From Polyangiaceae bacterium (lineage in GTDB: Bacteria > Myxococcota_A > Polyangia > Polyangiales > Polyangiaceae), in NCBI GenBank assembly GCA_965222375.1, contig CBDCTZ010000011.1, forward strand, positions 160,001 through 224,000: DNA of 64,000 bases. Reading direction: 5' to 3'. Positions 58,965-64,000 of this stretch are shown here, piece by piece. The notes beneath the pieces are model-generated. The model ran no database searches and was not told where the DNA came from. It was given only the letters and a program-made list of their open reading frames with translations. Position 1 is the stretch's first letter, and every line of letters begins with the position of its first letter. Both the position numbers and the translations under genes were made by a program.

Positions 58965-60296
58965 TCACTTCTTGGCGGCTCGGCGGAAGAAGCTCTCTCC
59001 CCACCGGGAACGGCCACCCAGCGGCTCGTATACGGCCTTGTTGTGTACGAGCACGCCGCCGGCGAAGTAGGTATGCGGCGGGCTCACGCTGATGTCGTAT
59101 ACGGTCGTCGGCAACGTGAGGCGCACCGGGTGGGCGGCTGCGGTAGACCCGGATCGCAAGAGCAGCTTGGCTCCCGGCGGGACGTCGCGCGCGAGCTGCC
59201 AGCTGCCATTTGCGTAAATCGGGTGGCGTTCGGTTACTAGCAGTTCACCGAACGCCAACAACTCGTCCGCGTGGGCGCTATCAGTGCGCTGCACGTGGCT
59301 GACGCTTCGAGCATTTGCCTTCGGGTCAAAAGAAATCACTGCGTCGCCCACCTGCAACTCTTGAATGGGCACCGCACCCTTCGGCGTGGCGATTGGGGTC
59401 CCGCGCGCCACGCAGGTGAAGTGGCGAAACTGGTCAACGAGCAGCTCCTTGCCACTGGGATCGAGCTGCACTTCGACGAAGCGGGCGTGGTAGCCCGGGT
59501 TCGGTTCAGAAATCCGAAAGCGCAACCAGCGGTTGTCTTTCTCATCGTCGATCACTGCGGCGTTCGGTTTTGGAGCTGCGGACAGGCCTAGCTCCTTCTC
59601 GACCAACTTCGCTGCTGTTGTTTCGATCTCGGCGAGAGTCTTGAAGGAGTCGCCCCCGGCGACGATCTCGAAGCTGAGTGGTTTCGAACTGAGCGACAGC
59701 GTGCGTTTGTTCGTCTTCAGTTCGGCTGAGAAGGCCACGGAATACTTGCCGGGTTTGGCGAGAAGTTCCGGCACCGGAGTCTTCCAGGAAGCGGCTGTTG
59801 TGCCGGAACCGTCAAGGTGGTAGGTGGGCTGCCAGCTGGAGAGGTACAACAGAGCTCCTGGCGTGGGCGTGGACTCGAGTTCGACGCTGACCTTCTTCTC
59901 GTCGGGCGTCGTGAACTCGAATCGAAGCGTGCTGTCCTTGAACGCCAGCGTCTCGCCGGTCCAGGGATGGGGCTTACCCGGCGTGTCAGGGCGTAGTCGC
60001 AGAGCGATCCCAAGCCGGTCCTTTGGCGTGAACTTGCTGATCAACAAGCGCGCGTCCACGATCACTCCATCCTTGGCTGCCGTTGAGGACGAGTTGTCGC
60101 GGATCGCGAGGGGAGACTTGGGCCCAGGAGCCGACGGGTTGTGCGGGGACGTCGAGGTGCTCGCCTTGGTGCCTTTCTTCGAGCGGAGCTTGTTGCAGCC
60201 GGAGGAGGCTCCGAGGGTGATGCCCAGTCCCAGCGTTGCCGCTACGAACAGCGGCAATTGGCGCCGAATGCAGTGCGTAGCGTCCATGCTTCCCAT
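58965..60296 (-). CDS. Lipoprotein with C-terminal Hint (intein-like) domain
   Basis: SSGC lipobox; Hint from CVARGTPI (59414) via VTERHP to VYDISV..HTYFAGGVLVHN (59040), followed by K and a 24-aa tail. Confidence 0.88.
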   Translation of the reverse strand: MGSMDATHCIRRQLPLFVAATLGLGITLGASSGCNKLRSKKGTKASTSTSPHNPSAPGPKSPLAIRDNSSSTAAKDGVIVDARLLISKFTPKDRLGIALRLRPDTPGKPHPWTGETLAFKDSTLRFEFTTPDEKKVSVELESTPTPGALLYLSSWQPTYHLDGSGTTAASWKTPVPELLAKPGKYSVAFSAELKTNKRTLSLSSKPLSFEIVAGGDSFKTLAEIETTAAKLVEKELGLSAAPKPNAAVIDDEKDNRWLRFRISEPNPGYHARFVEVQLDPSGKELLVDQFRHFTCVARGTPIATPKGAVPIQELQVGDAVISFDPKANARSVSHVQRTDSAHADELLAFGELLVTERHPIYANGSWQLARDVPPGAKLLLRSGSTAAAHPVRLTLPTTVYDISVSPPHTYFAGGVLVHNKAVYEPLGGRSRWGESFFRRAAKK

Positions 60297-60299
60297 CGA

Positions 60300-61787
60300 T
60301 CACCGCCGCAACAGCGGCTCAAGGGCAGAGCGGACCTGACGTGCATTGGTGGTGCGGAGGGTCTTCAGTCGGCGCCCGGAGGCGTCGAGGATCCAGACCT
60401 CGGGGAGCGCGACTCTGCCACCCAGGTGCTCCTTGGCTGCCGGCGAATCGTCGTCGACGATCTCCACCCGCCGTACCGCCAAGTTCCCGTGGTGCCCTGC
60501 CATGGAGTGCAGCACCCGGTCGATCTGTTTGCAGGGCTTGCACCAGGTCGCCCAGAAGTCGACCACGGTGATCTTCCCGGAGACTGGCGCGGCCTTCAGG
60601 TCGAAGCTTGCGCCGCCCTTGGCCAAGTCCCGCACGTCCGGCGTGACGCGCGCCCCGTGGTCCTCGTGCGCGTCTCCATGGGCTCCGCGGTCGCCGCCGT
60701 GCGCACCATGGTCGTGCTCGTCGCCATGGTCATGCTCGTCGCCATGGGCTCCATGGTCATGCTCATCGCCATGGTCATGCTCGTCGCCATGGTCGTGGCC
60801 GTCGCCGTGGTCATGGTCGTCTTCCGCGCCGCCGAAGCTGAGACCGAGGCCCGCGGAAAGCGTGAAGGATTCGGAGATTTGGCTGCCCTGCGCGTCCACG
60901 CGCAGCGGCCGCCCGCCCCCGAGTTGAAACGAGAGCACGTCACTGACGCGGTAGCTGGTATTGAGCACCGCGCGGGTGACCGTCGAGCCCGAATTGAGCA
61001 AGCGCCCTTCCGTTTGCTCCGTGACGTGACCGCGCACCTGGTGCTCGACGCCAGCCGAGATGATGAAGCCCTGAGCCGGGATGACGACCAGGTTCGCTCC
61101 GTAGCGAAACACGTTGCCAAACTGCTTGCCCGATTCGGTCTTCTCCAATGGAAAGCGCGCGGAGATGGGCGCCATCAGCGCCACGCTTTTGGAGAGGAAC
61201 TGGGTCAGGGTCAGTTCGCCGACCGCGCTATAAGACGCTAGGCCAATCGACACGACGCTCGGGGGAGCGCCGGAGTCCGCTTCAACCAGCGTGCTCTCCT
61301 TACCCGTGGGGAGGCCGAGCCCCGCGCGCAGCCGCAGGCTGGGGAGATATCCGCCTGCGCCCCAGATCCCGGCAAAGTCATAGGCAGCGCCGACCTCCAA
61401 GTCTCCGAAGCCGCTGAGCCGCTGGGAGTTTTCGTTGCCGCCGGGGTGGAGCCAAATGCTGCCGGTCGGCATGGATAGATCTGCGGACCAACCGTCCTCG
61501 AAGTGGTGTCGCGCGCTGAGCGTCGTGATCAGGATGTCCAAAGACAATCCGTCGGTATCCGTCCGTGTGCTGCCCCGATACGCCTCGCCGAAGTGAGCAT
61601 AGGACGTACCCAGGCCCAACTGCGTGAGGTCCTTGGGCAGCGCCTGCTTGGCGCCCATTTGAAGATCGACGGCTGACCCTCCGACCGGAAGGTTCGGGTT
61701 CACTCAGGCCGTTCACACGGCATAGGCCGGTGACCACTCCGTGAGCACTGCGACGACACTTGCGAAGAGCAGAAAGCGCTTTTTCAT
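60300..61787 (-). CDS. Predicted selenoprotein (UxxU): signal peptide + outer-membrane barrel + His/Asp-rich linker + thioredoxin
   Basis: ATG 61787 gives MKKRFLLFASVVAVLTEWSPAYA-V-U-T-A-U-VNPNLP with in-frame TGA at 61713-15 and 61704-06; barrel motifs GFGDLEV and LGLPTG; VVDFWATWCKPC. Confidence 0.75.
60655..60825 (-). repeat. His/Asp-rich coding repeat (HDHGDE)n, 18-bp units
   Basis: DDHDHGDGHDHGDEHDHGDEHDHGAHGDEHDHGDEHDHGAHG..AHEDHG. Confidence 0.9.
61676..61693 (-). promoter_or_regulatory. Candidate bacterial SECIS element
   Basis: ACCUUCC-GGUC-GGAGGGU hairpin (7 bp including one G-U), starting at +11 after the second UGA; loop at +18 and +27 from the two UGAs. Confidence 0.65.
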
Positions 61788-62014
61788 GAGCTGGGCTGAG
61801 GGAAGCTAACCTCTATGTAGTCGCCTTTGTTCCAAGTGCCCAGGATTTGCCCCTGTCCCGAAGGCAGCGACCCGCGCCGGCCCCCGCCGAACCGTCGATG
61901 ACGCGCTAATCGCCACATCCCCCAAAAACCAGAAGCAGCTCCACGTGGCTCGGAGCCCAACAAAGAGGCCGAGTTTTGGCCTTGGGCGGGCGGATACGTT
62001 ATGCGAAGCGGGCC

Positions 62015-62998
62015 ATGCGAAGTCCGTTCGTGCTTGGGCTCCTGCTCTGTGCCTGCCAAGGCTCGTCGCCGCCGCCACCAGCAGCTGCGTCCACGGAGCA
62101 GCCCGCGGCGACGACTGCCGCAAAGCCCGCACCGCCTCCCCCCGCCGCGAGCAGCGTGGCCCAGGTGGACAAACCCGAGGCTCCTGAAGCTCCTCCGCCG
62201 CCGCCCATCCCCGATGACATGGCGCTGGTTCCAGCGGGCACCACCACGATGGGTGCGGACGACGAGGGCGAGCAAGACGAGCGCCCCGCGCACAAGGTCA
62301 TGCTAGCTGCCTTCTTGTTGGACAAGCTCGAAGTCACCAACGGTGACTACAAAGCCTGCGTGAAGGCAGGCGTGTGCCGCCCCTATCGCCGAGATGTCGC
62401 CAAGGCCATGAAGTACGGCTCCGAGCGGGAGTTCCGAGGAGCCAAACAGCCCGTGGTCGGGATCTCCTGGCACGACGCGAAGAAGTACTGCGAGCACAAA
62501 GGCAAGCGCTTGCCCGGGGAGGCCGAGTGGGAACGCGCGGCGCGGGGTGACGACGGCCGTCGCTATGTGTGGGGCAACGAGAAGCCCGACAAGACCCGCG
62601 GCTGCTATTCCGAGTCTTGCGGTGGCAAGACGGCGGACGTGGGTTCCTTTCCGGCCGGTGCCGGCCCCTTTGGCCACTTGGATCTCGCCGGCAACGTGTG
62701 GGAGTGGGTCGCGGACGAATACGATCCCTACGCCTACAAACGGGAGACGGCCTCCAAAGGTGTTCCTGGAAGCTGTGAAGAAATCCTTGCCGCCCAGGAT
62801 GACCTGCGGCGCAAGAAGCTGCAGGGCTACACCGGAACGAATCCGATCCCTCGCGAGTGCGAGCGGGTGCTTCGTGGCGGCGCGTTCAACTACCGCGCGA
62901 AGGGGTTGCGCGCATCGAACCGTGTGCACCACCCCGGCGGCTGGCGGATCCTCGTCGCGGGCTTTCGTTGCGCGAAAGACTATCCCGTCGCGAAATAG
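62015..62998 (+). CDS. Formylglycine-generating enzyme (SUMF1/FGE-sulfatase) family lipoprotein
   Basis: LCAC lipobox; DERPAHKV, EVTN, PVVGISWHDA, RLPGEAEWERAARG, DLAGNVWEW, RVLRGG, GFRCA. Confidence 0.92.
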   Translation: MRSPFVLGLLLCACQGSSPPPPAAASTEQPAATTAAKPAPPPPAASSVAQVDKPEAPEAPPPPPIPDDMALVPAGTTTMGADDEGEQDERPAHKVMLAAFLLDKLEVTNGDYKACVKAGVCRPYRRDVAKAMKYGSEREFRGAKQPVVGISWHDAKKYCEHKGKRLPGEAEWERAARGDDGRRYVWGNEKPDKTRGCYSESCGGKTADVGSFPAGAGPFGHLDLAGNVWEWVADEYDPYAYKRETASKGVPGSCEEILAAQDDLRRKKLQGYTGTNPIPRECERVLRGGAFNYRAKGLRASNRVHHPGGWRILVAGFRCAKDYPVAK

Positions 62999-63133
62999 TC
63001 GTTTCGCCGCGGCTGTGAGCGGATTGCGGAAGTTAGTCGATCGACTAACTTCCGCTTCAGTGGTGCGCACCTGGGATGGGAGCCGGCGAGTGGTATCCTT
63101 TTCGGCCCGGGCCGATGGCCCAGAAGGAACGTC

Positions 63134-64000
63134 ATGCGCCGTCACCAAAGCCTTGCCCTGCTCGCCTCCTGTCTCGTCGCCTTGGCGCTCGGGTTCACGG
63201 TTTCGTGCTCCTCCGACGACGAGGTTGCCAACAACAATCCCGGGGTGGGCGGTGCGGCGAGCGGCGGTAGCGCCGGTGCGGCTGGGTCTGGTGCGGGCGG
63301 CAGCGGTGGTGGCACGGGTGGTGCGCCGACGACCTTCTCGGACTTTCCCAAGGACCCGATCGTGGTGGACACAGCGCTGCCTTCGGACTTGCCGACGCAA
63401 TTCTCGGTGCCCGGGGATCCAACCGGTGGGCCTTGCCTGTTCGAGCCGAGTCTAGGCGCGCTGATTCCACGTAACTGGACGCCGCTGTCCTTCGAATGGA
63501 CGCCGGCACCGGATCAGAACGTATTCGAGCTCCGCCTCAGCGTGGCCAATCAGAACAACGATCTCGTGGTGTACACGACGGATACGTCCTACGTCGTGGA
63601 CGCGAGCATCTGGTCCGGCTTGACCAAGAATAGCGCGGGAATGGACATTTTGGTCACCCTGCGCGGCGCGAAGCTCGACGGCACGTCGCTGACCGCGGGG
63701 CCGGCCACAGGCGCAGACGGCATGTTGCACCTGGCGCCTGTCGCCGCACCCGGCTCCGTCGTGTACTGGACCACGGGTGCGCCGGGCTCCGGCAATACTG
63801 CGCTGAAGGGGTTCACCATCGGCGACACCAAAGTCACGACCGTGCTGACGCCGCAGGCCGTCGGTGGCGATACCAACTGCGTGGCCTGTCACGCCTCGGC
63901 GCCGGATGGCAAGTTCACCTTCTACGTGCGGGATGGCAATGGCAGCAAGACCCGCGCGGTGGACATACGCAGTGTGGATGGCAAGGGCTCCGCGCCCCCG
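63134..64000 (+). CDS. Myxobacterial TolB/beta-propeller-like lipoprotein (3' truncated; absent from ORF track)
   Basis: AAGGA RBS; MRRHQSLALLASCLVALALGFTVSC; open to the window end; LIPRNW, GSVVYWT, CVACHAS motifs. Confidence 0.75.
   Translation, partial: MRRHQSLALLASCLVALALGFTVSCSSDDEVANNNPGVGGAASGGSAGAAGSGAGGSGGGTGGAPTTFSDFPKDPIVVDTALPSDLPTQFSVPGDPTGGPCLFEPSLGALIPRNWTPLSFEWTPAPDQNVFELRLSVANQNNDLVVYTTDTSYVVDASIWSGLTKNSAGMDILVTLRGAKLDGTSLTAGPATGADGMLHLAPVAAPGSVVYWTTGAPGSGNTALKGFTIGDTKVTTVLTPQAVGGDTNCVACHASAPDGKFTFYVRDGNGSKTRAVDIRSVDGKGSAPP

Noticed and set aside
59040..59414. Mobile intein with homing endonuclease, or polymorphic toxin
   Set aside because: Only 125 aa with no endonuclease, the +1 residue is Lys, the tail is too short for a toxin domain and there is no immunity gene
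61704..61715. Genome-wide UGA reassignment, or a simple pseudogene
   Set aside because: TGA terminates other genes in the window. Two independent nonsense mutations at exact CxxC spacing next to a SECIS-like hairpin, with the rest of the ORF intact, are less parsimonious than Sec (not formally excluded)
62015..62998. SenA/EgtB selenoneine or ergothioneine synthase next to the selenoprotein
   Set aside because: It is a lipoprotein with only the FGE-like domain, has no DinB-like N-terminal domain, and no senB/selD is nearby
63878..63892. CVACH as proof of a c-type cytochrome
   Set aside because: Single motif in a truncated propeller-like lipoprotein; heme binding cannot be judged from this window

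Overview
GC-rich chromosomal window, very likely from a myxobacterium (Myxococcota, Polyangiales-like). The assignment is inferred from Gly/Cys-rich lipoproteins, Ser/Thr kinases, FHA- and kinase-fused sigma54 activators, PEGA/PilZ proteins and a DUF222-like HNH protein. There are about 52 CDS; I recognised no rRNA, tRNA or CRISPR array. Housekeeping-type genes include cdsA, a Glu/Leu/Phe/Val dehydrogenase, mscS, xdhA/xdhB/xdhC, two ABC systems, archease, an ECF sigma module and a Dam-family methylase. The top finding is hidden from the ORF track. The minus-strand ORF 60300..61703 extends in frame to an ATG at 61787 through two TGA codons. This gives a signal peptide followed by V-U-T-A-U (a UxxU motif), with a SECIS-like GGUC-loop hairpin starting at nucleotide +11 after the second UGA. 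It predicts a secreted double-selenocysteine protein built from an outer-membrane barrel, a His/Asp-rich linker and a thioredoxin. It lies directly upstream of a Hint-domain lipoprotein and a Gld-like ABC cluster with a (DKH)16 tail. Other highlights: a porin + 13-heme cytochrome + lipoprotein-cytochrome cluster, an APC-TrkA fusion with a candidate internal start, a sigma54 promoter with candidate enhancer repeats beside an FHA-bEBP, a frameshifted HNH element with a repeat-rich upstream region, a bacterial arrestin-fold protein, and two operons split by unrelated genes. All family calls are from motif recognition only; no searches were run.
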